This document shows positions 46,900 to 57,739 of a stretch of DNA of 64,000 nt, piece after piece. Numbering within the stretch: position 1 is the first letter of the stretch; every line of letters starts with the position of its first letter. The notes beneath the pieces are model-generated. The model was not told where the DNA came from and did not search any database. It saw only the letters and a program-made list of their open reading frames with translations. A program made the translations under genes and the position numbers. Source of the stretch: an uncultured Methanosarcinales archaeon (GTDB lineage: Archaea > Nanobdellota > Nanobdellia > Woesearchaeales > GW2011-AR9); NCBI GenBank assembly GCA_964344235.1, contig CAYFMJ010000001.1, positions 32,001 through 96,000 of the forward strand, read 5' to 3'.

Positions 46900-48648
46900 T
46901 TAGTTCTTTTGTAATTTGTATAACTTATAGAAGTAACCTTTACGCGAGATCAGTTCATTAAATGAGCTTTCTTCAACAACGCGGCCTTTAGCCATAACAA
47001 CGATACGGTCAACGTTCCTTAGTGTTGAGAGTCTATGAGCAATTATAAGCATAGTTTTGTTTTTCAATAACTTTTCAAGGGATCTCTGAATGAGTGTTTC
47101 TGTTTTACTATCGAGTGCGGAGGTTGCTTCATCTAATATAAGTAAAGAACTGTCTTTGTAAATTGCTCTGGCAATACCAACACGTTGCCTCTCACCACCA
47201 CTTAATTGGTAACCCTTCTCCCCAATCAAAGTATTTAATCCCAGAGGGAGTTTTTTTATCAATGGATTTAATTGAGCTATTTTGGTGGCAAGTGTTAATT
47301 TTTTCAAGTCTTTTTTAGTGGAGCTTATTGCAATGTTTTCCAACAATGAAAGATTAAACATTTCTGATTCTTGCAATACGATACTGATTGTATCTGTAAC
47401 TGATTTGTGAGAATAATTCTCGAGGTCTTTATTATCAATTAGAATTCCCCCTTTTTGAGGAGAGTAAAGGCCTAGTAAAAGCTTTGCTACTGTTGACTTG
47501 CCGCAACCAGACTTACCAACTAGACCTATTTTTTCCCCGCGACTGATTGAGAGGTTTACGTTATTGAGAACGTTCTTTTCCTTGTATTTGAAGTGTAAAT
47601 TTCTAAATTCTATTTTTTTCCAGGCTTTTGATATTTTTGCCTTGTCGGTTTCTTTATCAATAATCTCTTTCCTAAAGATAGTCATGAACCTACCAACCCC
47701 ACTTTTTGAAGAAATAAAAGAAGACATGTTGTGAGTAGTTAAGTGCAGTGCAGTAGTCAGTTTATGGAGATAGGTGAAGTATACTAAAATTAAACCCAAA
47801 GTGATATTGCCCCTTACAAAATCTAGGCCAATGATCAGGATGAATGTGGCTTCAACAACTCCAGAAAATGATTTAATAGCTTTAAGTTTCTTCTCATTAG
47901 CAGCTCGCCTTTTTAGCCAAACATTGTAATATTTTTTCTCCTGGGTCTCAGCAGATTTTTGGAAAGTGTCTTTAAGACCGAGAGATTTTACAGTTAGAAC
48001 ATTAGAGGCTGATTCGTGGATCTTACCGCTAACATTTTCCCTAATTTTGTTCATTTCACTTTGCCAAAAATCTAACTTTTTGTTGTAATAGGCTTCCCCG
48101 TAGAAGTAAATTAGAGAGTAAATCGATGCAAACACCGCATACTTCCAATTTAGGGTCAAGAAAATTAGAATGCTCCCAATAAAATTCACAGATATATTTA
48201 AACCAGCATTTGAGAATTCTCTGATGCCGTTAAATATACTTTCACCTCCCTCATTGATTTTGTGAACTTTGCTTCCAGTATCCTCATTCTCGTGCCATCT
48301 AAGTTCTAAATTCATTAATTTGGACATGGCTTTAACGCGAACATCTTTTCTGATGTTAGCTGCAATAGTTTGCATTCTAACTTTTGCAAAAAATCTTAGC
48401 CAAACATGTACAACTCCAAGTATCCCGATGATTATTACAAAAATGTAAAATTTTTGTAGAGAATCTCCTGATTGGTATGTGCTAAAAAAGTCAATAGTAA
48501 GACCCAAAATAAAAGTAATTGCAAATGGGGCTAAATTCGAGATAGATCTTAGAATTGTGTAGAAGAGAAATTTGGTCCTATCTTTATCGAGAAGTGCCCA
48601 GTAATCTTTAAGATATCGAGGCCAGGTGTATTCATTCTTAACAGGCAT
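46900..48648 (-). CDS. ABC exporter, fused permease/ATPase (MsbA/MdlB-like)
   Basis: TMD then GKSGCGKST, LSGGERQRVGIARA, ILDEATSALD, IAHRLST. Confidence 0.92.
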   Translation of the reverse strand: MPVKNEYTWPRYLKDYWALLDKDRTKFLFYTILRSISNLAPFAITFILGLTIDFFSTYQSGDSLQKFYIFVIIIGILGVVHVWLRFFAKVRMQTIAANIRKDVRVKAMSKLMNLELRWHENEDTGSKVHKINEGGESIFNGIREFSNAGLNISVNFIGSILIFLTLNWKYAVFASIYSLIYFYGEAYYNKKLDFWQSEMNKIRENVSGKIHESASNVLTVKSLGLKDTFQKSAETQEKKYYNVWLKRRAANEKKLKAIKSFSGVVEATFILIIGLDFVRGNITLGLILVYFTYLHKLTTALHLTTHNMSSFISSKSGVGRFMTIFRKEIIDKETDKAKISKAWKKIEFRNLHFKYKEKNVLNNVNLSISRGEKIGLVGKSGCGKSTVAKLLLGLYSPQKGGILIDNKDLENYSHKSVTDTISIVLQESEMFNLSLLENIAISSTKKDLKKLTLATKIAQLNPLIKKLPLGLNTLIGEKGYQLSGGERQRVGIARAIYKDSSLLILDEATSALDSKTETLIQRSLEKLLKNKTMLIIAHRLSTLRNVDRIVVMAKGRVVEESSFNELISRKGYFYKLYKLQKN

Positions 48649-48746
48649 ATTTTTTGAAAGTTTAAATCACGTTATAAACATGTCTGTTTTAGAATACAAA
48701 TTTTTATTAATAGATTAGAAACATAATGTTATAGAAGGCTGGTTTT

Positions 48747-49799
48747 CTATTTCTTTTGTAGTAACCACAGAACGGAAGATCCTTCGCCTCTTGGAATTGA
48801 TTCTTTTTTCAATAAAGTAAAAGCATTAGAGATAGATAATTCCCAGGAAGGTCGTGTGATAATAGCTAAACGGCCGCCCGGTTTGAGAATATATTTTGTT
48901 TGATAGTATATTTCATTAATTTTTGTTTCATCTTTCTGTGTAATATGGAAGATTACTAGGTCAAATGATTCGTTGTCGAAGTGCGTGTCAAGTTCATCCA
49001 ATTCACGTTTTGTTATAGTTATGTCTTTAGAGAGGTTGGCAAGCTTTGCGTTTTTTCTGGCTGCGGTAAAGTTCTGCATGCTAGGATCAAAGGCAGTAAT
49101 GTGTGCGGGTTGTTCTGTTGTTTTAGCAGAGATGTTTCCGAAGAAGGGAATAGCAGGGAGGTTATCTTCCTGAACTGGTTTGTTGGTGGCGAAGAGAGCT
49201 GCTTCAATCGCTAGTGTACCATCTTTCACAAAGCCAATCAATAGTTTTTCATCTTTTTGAAATTGAGAGAGTCGAATGATATGGTACGCTAGGTCTCCTT
49301 TGAACGAACCAGAATGGGGAAAGACGCGGTAGAATCGGTTGTTTAGTTCTCTGCCAAATAAGTCCAGCCCGATAAGATATTGCTGCTGGTTATAGTAAAC
49401 AAAAAGGGTAAGTGTTGGGTTTTTCAAATCGATGTTGGAAGGGAGGGAATGTTGTTTGAGTTGTTCTGCAATTTTTGTTGCTAATTCTTTTTGGATAATG
49501 GTACGTTGTTCTTGGTCTTTAACGTGTTCTACATCAATTTTGAACGTCGTGCCGTTGTTGAAAAATAATTCCCAATCGGCTTCTGGTTGACATTGCGAAG
49601 GGTCGTTGTAGCAACCAAAAGAAAGTAAGAGACGCTTGATTGATTGAGAATGATAGATAATAGTTGCTATTTCTTCTGCGGTTGTTGCTTCAAATTCCAC
49701 TGCATGTTGTAAGACTTTTGGTGTTGTGTTGATTAATTCAGAAATTTCTTGCGTTGCGGTCTTTTCTAAACCAGGGCTTGTGAGAGCATAGAGTTTCAT
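48747..49799 (-). CDS. THUMP-domain RNA methyltransferase homolog (Trm14/RlmL-like), degenerate SAM motifs
   Basis: T..GLE....EI.EL, THUMP, GLDL.G..L..R.YR; DPMCGSGT position reads IGFVKDGT and NPPY position reads FHIT. Confidence 0.7.
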   Translation of the reverse strand: MKLYALTSPGLEKTATQEISELINTTPKVLQHAVEFEATTAEEIATIIYHSQSIKRLLLSFGCYNDPSQCQPEADWELFFNNGTTFKIDVEHVKDQEQRTIIQKELATKIAEQLKQHSLPSNIDLKNPTLTLFVYYNQQQYLIGLDLFGRELNNRFYRVFPHSGSFKGDLAYHIIRLSQFQKDEKLLIGFVKDGTLAIEAALFATNKPVQEDNLPAIPFFGNISAKTTEQPAHITAFDPSMQNFTAARKNAKLANLSKDITITKRELDELDTHFDNESFDLVIFHITQKDETKINEIYYQTKYILKPGGRLAIITRPSWELSISNAFTLLKKESIPRGEGSSVLWLLQKK

Positions 49800-52408
49800 T
49801 GTTCGTTTTGTTGAGGGAAATTTTGTTCTGGTTCAGAAGGCGTCTGCTCTTTATTGTATAAACCTGGATCAATAGAAGGATCAAATTTGATGTGGGTTTC
49901 CTGTTGTGGTTCTGGAGAATCTTCTGGCGGAGGTGTTGGTGGTTGTGAATTATCTGTTGGAAGGTCAAGTTCTTCATCGTCATCAGTGATGATTTTTGCT
50001 GCTGCTGCAACAGTATCTAGCTCCGATAACCGCATTACACGAACTCCCTGTGTTGCTCTGCCGATGAGTGAGATGTTTGCGCATTTGATGCGGATGCCAA
50101 TGCCTTGCTTTGAGATAAGCATTAGTTCTTCTGAGCCATCCACCGACATGATTGTGGTAACAGGGCCATTTTTATCCGTTACTTTGATGTTCGTTACTCC
50201 TTTTCCTCCCCTATTACAAAGACGGTATTCGGAAATGGCGGTTCGTTTTCCGTAGCCCTTTTCTGTTAACGTTAGGATTTGTAGAGACTCATCTGCCTTA
50301 ATCATACCCATTACTTCATCACCATGGCTTAAACGGACACCACGAACACCACGAGCAGTTCTACCCATTGGTCGGACGTCTGATTCTTTGAAACGGTTCG
50401 CCATACCTTTACGTGTTGCAAGAATGATTTGATCATTACCAGAGGTATAGCGCACTTTAACAAGCGTATCATTGTCATCAAGGGTCACAGCACGGATGCC
50501 TCCTCTTCGTGGGCGAGAGAAGTCTTCAAGAGGGGTTTTCTTTACAGTTCCTTGTTTCGTAGCCATCAGTAGGTAGCCTTCTTCAAAACTCCTCACAGGA
50601 ACAACTGCGGTAATGTTCTCTTGATCATTAAGTTCTAATAAGTTCTTGATATGTTTCCCTTTCGCTTGTCTGCTTCCTTCTGGAATATTGTAGACTTTCA
50701 ACCAATAGACTTGACCCCGGTCAGTGAAGTAAAGTAAGTAAGCATGTGTGCTGGCGACGTAAATTTTTTCGACAAAGTCTTCTTCTTTCATACCAGCTGC
50801 TCTAACACCTTTGCCGCCGCGACGCTGCGTCTTATAGGTGTCAAGTGGAAGTCTCTTAACGTAGCCAGAATTGGTCATCGTTACCACAACGTCTTCTTCT
50901 TCAATAAGATCTTCCATGTCAATGTCATCGTCGTCATCTCCGCGCGTAATAGTAGATCTTCGGGAGTCACCGTACTTATCTTTGATTTCTGTTAACTCTT
51001 CTTTGATTAAGGTAAGAATTTTTTCTTCTGAGGCCAGAATACTTTCATAATGGCGGATTTTTTCAAGAAGTTCATCATGCTCCGCTTTGATTTTCTCCTG
51101 TTCCAATGATGCTAGTTTTTGCAGTCGCATGTCCAGAATTGCTTTTGCTTGAATTTCTGATAATGAGTAAGAAGTGATGAGGAATTGTTTTGCGTCTTCA
51201 ACAGTTCGACTTTTCTTAATACCGGGAATAACATCATCGATATTCAGAAGTGCTTTGAGTAATCCTTCTAAAACATGAATACGTTTCTGCGCTTGTTCTA
51301 AGTCATATTTCGTTCGTTTTGTAATAACATCTTTTCTATGAAAAACGTGGTGATTCAGAATTTCTTTTAACCCCAATACTTGTGGTTGGTTATCGACAAG
51401 GGCAAGAAGGTTAATACCAAAAGAAACACGTAAACGACTGTATTTGTAGAGTTGGTTCAGCACTACTTGTGCATCGGCATTGTTTTTGAGGTCAATAACG
51501 ATTCTGATTCCTTCTCTATCGGATTCATCGTTGATGTTACGGATACCTTCAACTCGCTTGTCTCGGACAAGATTCGCAATTTGTTTGATTAGCTCTTCTT
51601 TGTTTACTTGATACGGAATTTCTTTAATGACAATTTTGTTTTCTTCCAATTCTGATATGGCTTTAATCTTTACTTTACCTTTTCCTTTTGCGTATGCATA
51701 ATGAAGGGCTTGACCGCAGACAACCTCCCCTCCTGTCGGAAAGTCAGGAGCGGGGATGTGTTGCATTAATTCTTCCGTAGAGATATCTGGGTTGTCAATA
51801 GTGGCGATGATTCCTTCACAAATCTCTGAAGCATTGTGTGGAGGAATGTTGGTTGCCATCCCTACAGCAATTCCTGAAGAACCGTTGATTAACAAGTTTG
51901 GAAGTACGGTGGGGAGGACGACAGGTTCTTGTAATGAGCCATCAAAATTGTCTCGGAAATTAACGGTGTTCTTCTCAATGTCTTTCAACATCTCTTCTGC
52001 GAGTTTCTGGAGCTTAGCTTCTGTATATCGCATTGCGGCAGCATTATCTCCATCAATGGAACCGAAGTTCCCCTGGCCTTTGATTAATGGGTAGCGAAGA
52101 GAAAAGTCCTGTGCCATCCTGACAAGGGAATCGTAGACAGCCGTATCACCGTGCGGATGATATTTACCGAGTACTTCCCCCACAATACGTGCACATTTTT
52201 TGAATGGTTTGTTGTGTAACATGCCCATGTCGTACATGGCGTAGAGAATTCTTCGATGGACGGGTTTAAGGCCATCTTTGACATCAGGTAGAGCTCGACC
52301 TACAATAACAGACATCGCGTAATTAACGTACGCTTGCTTCATTTCATCCTCAATTACTTTCGGGATGATCTGGTCAGTTGGTGTCGGTTCTGCTTCTGTT
52401 GGCGTCAT
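49796..52408 (-). CDS. gyrA: DNA gyrase subunit A
   Basis: [29 protein letters not shown] catalytic Tyr, GyrA-box QRRGGKG, beta-pinwheel repeats. Confidence 0.97.
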   Translation of the reverse strand: MTPTEAEPTPTDQIIPKVIEDEMKQAYVNYAMSVIVGRALPDVKDGLKPVHRRILYAMYDMGMLHNKPFKKCARIVGEVLGKYHPHGDTAVYDSLVRMAQDFSLRYPLIKGQGNFGSIDGDNAAAMRYTEAKLQKLAEEMLKDIEKNTVNFRDNFDGSLQEPVVLPTVLPNLLINGSSGIAVGMATNIPPHNASEICEGIIATIDNPDISTEELMQHIPAPDFPTGGEVVCGQALHYAYAKGKGKVKIKAISELEENKIVIKEIPYQVNKEELIKQIANLVRDKRVEGIRNINDESDREGIRIVIDLKNNADAQVVLNQLYKYSRLRVSFGINLLALVDNQPQVLGLKEILNHHVFHRKDVITKRTKYDLEQAQKRIHVLEGLLKALLNIDDVIPGIKKSRTVEDAKQFLITSYSLSEIQAKAILDMRLQKLASLEQEKIKAEHDELLEKIRHYESILASEEKILTLIKEELTEIKDKYGDSRRSTITRGDDDDDIDMEDLIEEEDVVVTMTNSGYVKRLPLDTYKTQRRGGKGVRAAGMKEEDFVEKIYVASTHAYLLYFTDRGQVYWLKVYNIPEGSRQAKGKHIKNLLELNDQENITAVVPVRSFEEGYLLMATKQGTVKKTPLEDFSRPRRGGIRAVTLDDNDTLVKVRYTSGNDQIILATRKGMANRFKESDVRPMGRTARGVRGVRLSHGDEVMGMIKADESLQILTLTEKGYGKRTAISEYRLCNRGGKGVTNIKVTDKNGPVTTIMSVDGSEELMLISKQGIGIRIKCANISLIGRATQGVRVMRLSELDTVAAAAKIITDDDEELDLPTDNSQPPTPPPEDSPEPQQETHIKFDPSIDPGLYNKEQTPSEPEQNFPQQNEQ

Positions 52409-52484
52409 GTTTTACTGTAAAATTAAGCTTTTTGAGCTTGCAATTTATCGTCGATAAAAACGTGTTTTTTAGAGATTTTTTGTG

Positions 52485-52510
52485 TTTATAAAGCTTGTGG
52501 TTGTGGAGTG
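52485..52510 (-). promoter_or_regulatory. Variant box + TATA promoter of gyrA
   Basis: CACTCCACAACC-ACAAGCT-TTATAAA (N7 spacing, one mismatch to the consensus). Confidence 0.45.
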
Positions 52511-52579
52511 GTTTTGTTGATTTACTACCAAGATGGTGTGGCGGAGAATTTATATGCATTAAGCAATAGCCAAAATATA

Positions 52580-52801
52580 ATGAGTGACCAAGTATATGCC
52601 GGCAGCGCGCCACACCCTTATATACCACATACTCCAGAAGATCAGAGAATAATGCTTGATGCACTGGGCCTGGGAGAAATCAGAGCAACAGCACGAGAAA
52701 ATCCATTGTCTCTACTAGCGAGTCCACAGACTACACCAGTTGGTTTGATAGATGAGACGAAAGCAGTGAGAGATAAGATTTTAACATGGCGTGGTCTTTA
52801 A
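52580..52801 (+). CDS. Small hypothetical protein
   Basis: ORF from MSDQVY; TTTATAT at ~52550 upstream. Confidence 0.4.
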   Translation: MSDQVYAGSAPHPYIPHTPEDQRIMLDALGLGEIRATARENPLSLLASPQTTPVGLIDETKAVRDKILTWRGL

Positions 52802-53418
52802 TTATGCACGCCTTCCATCGCAGCTTTAATCTCGTCTTTAGAAGATTCTTCTTTCTGATCTAACTCAATTAATCTGTCAACTTCATCTGCTTCTTTATCG
52901 ACAGATTCCGCTTCGTCAAGAACTTCCTTGGGAACTTGTTTCAAGAATGCTTGTTTTGCTTCTTCAGAAGGAAGGTCAAAATATTCAAAGAATTTTTTTG
53001 TTAATTTTATTTTATAGGTTCGACCAAATTTTTCTTTAGTGATAAAGCCCTGCTCGCCAAGTGTTTTCATGTGTTCATACGCCGCAGCACTTCTGAGTTT
53101 GATAATCTCTGATTGCACAACAGGATAACGCCACGCAATCACTGCAAGCGTCTCCATTAATGGACGTTCCAATTCTGTTGAGGAGACGATGTTACTTACT
53201 AAAGGCACGTACTCATCTAAAACAGTTAACTTCCAACCATTTTCTTTTTTGACAATGTGAAGAGAGTTGTCCTGCCCAGCGTAGGATTTTTGTAGTGAAG
53301 CGAGGATTTTGTCAACATCCTTAATCCCCAGACTGCAGAGACTGGCGATTCGTTCCGAGGTTATTTCTTTTCCAACAGCGAAGAGTACCGCTTCAACTTT
53401 CTTGTGATTGTCGCTCAT
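52798..53418 (-). CDS. scpB: SMC-Scp complex subunit ScpB
   Basis: VEAVLFA.G, W.L, LMETLAVIAW..P..QSEII..R...AYEH...L...G.I, TKKF.EYF.L. Confidence 0.9.
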   Translation of the reverse strand: MSDNHKKVEAVLFAVGKEITSERIASLCSLGIKDVDKILASLQKSYAGQDNSLHIVKKENGWKLTVLDEYVPLVSNIVSSTELERPLMETLAVIAWRYPVVQSEIIKLRSAAAYEHMKTLGEQGFITKEKFGRTYKIKLTKKFFEYFDLPSEEAKQAFLKQVPKEVLDEAESVDKEADEVDRLIELDQKEESSKDEIKAAMEGVHN

Positions 53419-53989
53419 CTCTAGGGATTAGGTAATAAGTCTCCTCTTTTAAATCTATTCTTCCTTCGTCAATGAGTTGATCTAAGAAATCTTCTAATTT
53501 GTCTCTTGTAATGCCCGTCATCTTGCTGAGTTGATCGCCCGTTTTTGGTCCATTTGCGAGAAGAAGAGTAATGTAATTTTTTAAGAGGCTGCCCATACTC
53601 CGTTTCAAGATATCATTTTCCATTTTAACATGCTTAGCAACCATGTCAACTTGATGTAATTTTGATTGTAAATCGTTAAGGAATTGTGACACTTCTCCGT
53701 CAGAGAAGCGGAGTTCTTTCGGTTCTGTTACTTCGATTTGAGAAGGCATGTAGTCAAAGCAAAATGCAACAAGATCTTCTACTTTTTCTGTTTTGGCTTC
53801 TACTTCAACGAACGTCGCCCACATTCCGGCGTCTTCTCGTTCTTGAGCTTCACCAAATTCTTTGTTAACAACTTCGTAACGGTCATTCTTTTCGAGGTTT
53901 TCAACATAGTTCTGCGTCGTTTGTTCAACATGTTCTTTCGGTTTGCCAACCACTTCCATGACCGCTCTGAAATGAAGATTTTTTACCAT
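53393..53989 (-). CDS. Conserved hypothetical protein with C-terminal wHTH-like segment
   Basis: F.AVMEVVGKPKEHVE, F.EVE, FDYMPS.IE..EP. Confidence 0.7.
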   Translation of the reverse strand: MVKNLHFRAVMEVVGKPKEHVEQTTQNYVENLEKNDRYEVVNKEFGEAQEREDAGMWATFVEVEAKTEKVEDLVAFCFDYMPSQIEVTEPKELRFSDGEVSQFLNDLQSKLHQVDMVAKHVKMENDILKRSMGSLLKNYITLLLANGPKTGDQLSKMTGITRDKLEDFLDQLIDEGRIDLKEETYYLIPRDERQSQES

Positions 53990-54034
53990 AGAGAGTTGGG
54001 AGGGAGGTGGTTTTTAAGTGTTTTGGAAGAAATA

Positions 54035-55876
54035 TTATTTTCTGAAAAGAACCGTTGTTGTGAGAAGTGCCAGGGTGGTAATGAACAGCGAAGGGATCAA
54101 GTTTTTTGCTTTTTCTGAACTAGATTGGTATGTGATGAAGCCAGTAGTAAAGTTGGATTGAGGTTCGTTGGTAGGAAGTGTTACGGTTTCTGGTGTGTTT
54201 GTAGGTCCTTCAATAAGGCTTACGAGAGAAAGTGTTTGATTCGTTTCAAGAAGTTGATTTGTTGGGAGTTGTGCTTGTTCAAGTTCTTTAGCGTAGGTAA
54301 GATAATCTTTACAGACATCTGGATCAACACCAGAAATTTGAAAAGTGTCTTCCTTTGTAATGTCGAAGGCTTTGACAACGAGAGTAGCTGTACCATCAGA
54401 AATAAGTTGGTGGCAATTGGGGAGAAGTTGAAATGGTAGAGTGAGTGGGTACTGTTTGTACTTATCCTCTATCAAAATTTTTGTTGTTTTGCTAATTTTC
54501 TGACCACTCTTTTCAACCCATGCTTGCACTGATTGTTTTGTTTCATTGCCTTTGTATACATGAATTTTTGCCTGAAATTGATCACCCCATTCTGCTTTCT
54601 GGTCATTGCCAAGATAAATTTTTTCAATGCAGATAGTGGATTGGGGTTCTTTGTACAAAGGATTGATACCAATTATTTTTGTGGCGATGTTGTTTTCTGG
54701 GTGGGAATCTTCACAGGGAAGATCTTCTAACCAAAACGTTGCTTGATACGTGCCCTCAGGAAGGTTGGGAGAGTAGGATTTTGTGGCTGTTGTTGTTATT
54801 GATTTGTTTGTCCAGGGTTTATATCCTTTTTTTACTTCTCCAAAAAAGTTTTCGATTGTCCCTTTTGCGGTGATGGTTTCCGGTAAACCGGTGTGACGGA
54901 GTGCTTTGACCTGAAATTCAAAAGAAGTTGGTTGCGTTAAGTCTGTGGGAGTCTCGATAGAGATTGCCCAATCGCACGTGTTTGTGTAGATGTTTTCTTG
55001 ATTTGGCGTGGGTGTTGTCTTGAACCAACCTTCTGAGAATTTGGAAAAGCTCATGCCTTCTGTTGATGATGAAAATGTAACCTCTTCAATGAGAATGTTT
55101 TCCGGTACGGGGTAGCCAGTGTACAAGCGAACAGAGTCCTCTATTTTGCTAAGTTCAAAATCGGAATCGCCATCTCTGTAAATAGTGGTGTAACATTTGG
55201 AGCAAAGTTCTATATTTTTGGTGTTGACTTCGGTGATGTATAATTCGTTGTTATCATTACCATCATAGAGAACAAGGCCATGTAAGAGCAGTGGATCTTT
55301 GCCAGAGTTGTATACCTCCACCCATTCTCCTGCTGGTTTGAATGCATCGTCATTGCCGAATGGATCAGGCATGATTTCTGTTATTTGGAGAACCGTATAA
55401 TCATAACTGAAGTCGTGAATAGAATTCTTTTTGTTTGGTGTGCCATTTATTGTAAGGGATTCTTTCCATTCGTTGTGTTTATTTCTCTCGAGTGTTTTCC
55501 CTTTTTTCCCAAGAGAACCGTCGTAAGACAGGGAGTCAGTGCTGTTAGGGCATGTGAGAGAGATAGTGTCGCCACTATTTTTTAGGCCATTGCCGAAACT
55601 TGCTTCTTGGAACGGAATGGAAGGGTGTTGTTGAGAAAACACTTCTGGGCTGCGTGCGAGAATAAGGTAAGAGTTGTTGGTTATGTTTCCAGCAAGGGGC
55701 TTGTCTTGGAGAGTGCAATTGTTGAGTGAGATTGTTTGGTTTGTAGGGTTGTATAATTCAATCCATTCATTGGTGGGATTGTCAGGAGGCGCGTACATAA
55801 TTTCGTTAAGAAAAGGAGTGGCAGCAACGTGGAAGGAGAGAAAAAGAATTGTTGTAAGTATAACAAGAAACTTCAT
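54035..55876 (-). CDS. Secreted lamin-tail-domain (LTD) protein, two LTDs, C-terminal TM
   Basis: LNEIMY.P...NEWIELYN, ITEIMPDP.G.D....EWVEVYN, L.N.GD.I.L, TP...N motifs. Confidence 0.85.
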   Translation of the reverse strand: MKFLVILTTILFLSFHVAATPFLNEIMYAPPDNPTNEWIELYNPTNQTISLNNCTLQDKPLAGNITNNSYLILARSPEVFSQQHPSIPFQEASFGNGLKNSGDTISLTCPNSTDSLSYDGSLGKKGKTLERNKHNEWKESLTINGTPNKKNSIHDFSYDYTVLQITEIMPDPFGNDDAFKPAGEWVEVYNSGKDPLLLHGLVLYDGNDNNELYITEVNTKNIELCSKCYTTIYRDGDSDFELSKIEDSVRLYTGYPVPENILIEEVTFSSSTEGMSFSKFSEGWFKTTPTPNQENIYTNTCDWAISIETPTDLTQPTSFEFQVKALRHTGLPETITAKGTIENFFGEVKKGYKPWTNKSITTTATKSYSPNLPEGTYQATFWLEDLPCEDSHPENNIATKIIGINPLYKEPQSTICIEKIYLGNDQKAEWGDQFQAKIHVYKGNETKQSVQAWVEKSGQKISKTTKILIEDKYKQYPLTLPFQLLPNCHQLISDGTATLVVKAFDITKEDTFQISGVDPDVCKDYLTYAKELEQAQLPTNQLLETNQTLSLVSLIEGPTNTPETVTLPTNEPQSNFTTGFITYQSSSEKAKNLIPSLFITTLALLTTTVLFRK

Positions 55877-55982
55877 ATGATTTTTGTGAGAAGAGTATTA
55901 AAAAAAATATAGCCGATATTTATTTCACTCCTCCCGAATACTAAACAAACTTTTTAAACGTTCTTCGACTAGAAGGACTACT

Positions 55983-56480
55983 ATGGGATGGTTTAGCAAG
56001 AAGAAGAAAATACCGAAGGTGCCCTTGCCGGCAGGCCATCCAGTTGATGAGAATGCATTACGATTTCCTTCTATGCCACATTCGGAGAGAGTTATTGAGC
56101 CAGATCATGTGAAGCAAGCTGTTGGTGTTGGAAATGATAAGTCATTGCCACCTCTACCAGAGTATCCTAAGATGTCTCCGCCAGCAGCTCCTCGACGAAA
56201 GGTAGCAAAGCGACAACCTACGGCTCCGGCGATGGCGCCACCCATACCAAGAGTAGCGGGCCACCCATTATATGCAAAAGTGGATGTGTACCAGAGAGTA
56301 TTGGGGGAGTTAGATAGTTTACGGACAGATATCTCTCACTTGTCAACTGCAAATAACCATTTAGCAAAATCAGAGTTTAATGAGGAAAAGAATTTTGAAA
56401 AATTGAAACGAAACGTACGCAACATGCACGATAGATTATTGCTTGTTGACAAAGTATTATTTAAAACGCAAGGTGAATAA
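55983..56480 (+). CDS. Hypothetical protein: MGWFSKK start, Pro-rich linker, C-terminal helical hairpin
   Basis: PLYAKVDVYQRVLGELD..R..I...L...E..E...L. Confidence 0.7.
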   Translation: MGWFSKKKKIPKVPLPAGHPVDENALRFPSMPHSERVIEPDHVKQAVGVGNDKSLPPLPEYPKMSPPAAPRRKVAKRQPTAPAMAPPIPRVAGHPLYAKVDVYQRVLGELDSLRTDISHLSTANNHLAKSEFNEEKNFEKLKRNVRNMHDRLLLVDKVLFKTQGE

Positions 56481-56481
56481 A

Positions 56482-56709
56482 ATGGAACGAATGCCAGTTT
56501 TTGTAAAAATTGATGAATATAACGACGTCCTACATTTGTTAGGGTTAATTCGAAGGAAACTTGATGATGCTAAAGAGACTTTGGCTAAAATCCACGACTT
56601 AAAGAATGAAGAAGATCATCAACTAGAGACGTGGCATAACACGTTGGAAGAAGTCGAGAAAAAAGTTGATTTTATTAATCACTCATTGAGTGAACCAGAA
56701 AAGTTCTAA
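56482..56709 (+). CDS. Small helical-hairpin protein, paralog of the C-terminus of 55983-56480
   Basis: PVFVKIDEYNDVL.LL..IR.KL; SD AGGTGA upstream. Confidence 0.75.
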   Translation: MERMPVFVKIDEYNDVLHLLGLIRRKLDDAKETLAKIHDLKNEEDHQLETWHNTLEEVEKKVDFINHSLSEPEKF

Positions 56710-56710
56710 G

Positions 56711-57220
56711 ATGGCTGCTAAGAAAAAGAAAAGTAGTACGAAAAAGAAGAGTATACCTAGAAAGAGAACTACTGCTAAGAAAAAAACAGTCAAAGCAGTA
56801 AAAGAGCCAGAATATATGGTGCAAGTATCTGATCCGAAAATGATTCGGAAGGATTTGCTCGAGTCATTACGAGAAGTTATTATCTTTATGCAGGGGTATG
56901 AAAAGTTTCGAAGTATGCAACAAGAGAAGGTTGCCTTGTTTACTGCGTTGAAAACAGAGGTTAAAGAGTTACATGCATTAAATGAGAAGTTGCGGAAGAA
57001 ACTGCCGAAAGGGAAGTTACAACCAGTTACAGCGGAGCAACAACAGAAAAAGAATGTTGAGGAAGCTGTACAGGAGATGCCAGAGGAAGTTCCTGAAGAA
57101 CATCATGAAGAGCCGGTAGCGGCGCCACCTGCTCCTGAACCAGCAGCACCGCCGAGTGGTTTAGCTGCGTTAGAGTCGCAATTGCAGGATATTGAGCAGC
57201 AGTTGCAGAATATTCGGTAA
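56711..57220 (+). CDS. Coiled-coil protein with Lys-rich N-terminus
   Basis: EYMVQVSDP..IRKDLLES.RE.I coiled coil, Pro/Glu linker, L..LESQL..IE..L tail. Confidence 0.7.
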   Translation: MAAKKKKSSTKKKSIPRKRTTAKKKTVKAVKEPEYMVQVSDPKMIRKDLLESLREVIIFMQGYEKFRSMQQEKVALFTALKTEVKELHALNEKLRKKLPKGKLQPVTAEQQQKKNVEEAVQEMPEEVPEEHHEEPVAAPPAPEPAAPPSGLAALESQLQDIEQQLQNIR

Positions 57221-57271
57221 ATTATATTCTTTATTTACGATTTTATTATATTGTAAAAGTGTTTTGATAGT

Positions 57272-57739
57272 ATGCACGATGCAACACTCTGTATTCCCCT
57301 CGAAGAGGAGCACATTCGTTTAGCAATGAAAAAGCGAGGTTTTGGCGCAGGCCGGTATAATGGATATGGAGGAAAACCAGAGGCCGGGGAATCTATTGAA
57401 GATGCTGCAGTGAGAGAGTTCTATGAAGAGTCTGGTGTAAGAGTTAAGAAAGAGGATTTAGTAAAGGTAGGAGAGGTAGAATTTTACTTTCCCCATAAAC
57501 CAAACTGGGATCAAAAAGTTCATATCTATACCGTTCGTCAATGGGAGGGGGATTTTGTAGAGACGGAAGAGATGAGGCCAGGAAGATTTCATCATTCGGA
57601 AATTCCATATTCCCAAATGTGGCCGGACGATGAGTTTTGGTTACCACATGTTCTTGCTGGGAAGTATGTGATGGGGAGTATTGTATTTGGAGAAGGAGAT
57701 ACGATTCTTGAGAATCGGTTGGAGATAAGGGAGAGTTAA
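57272..57739 (+). CDS. NUDIX hydrolase, 8-oxo-dGTPase (MTH1-like)
   Basis: LAMKKRGFGAG.YNG.GGK.E.GESIEDAAVRE..EESG, ETEEM.P, IPY..MW.DD..WLP. Confidence 0.88.
   Translation: MHDATLCIPLEEEHIRLAMKKRGFGAGRYNGYGGKPEAGESIEDAAVREFYEESGVRVKKEDLVKVGEVEFYFPHKPNWDQKVHIYTVRQWEGDFVETEEMRPGRFHHSEIPYSQMWPDDEFWLPHVLAGKYVMGSIVFGEGDTILENRLEIRES

Noticed and set aside
46900-48648. ABC exporter as a recently acquired island (looks more AT-rich)
   Set aside because: I cannot compute GC or codon statistics here, and no flanking repeats or mobility genes are visible.
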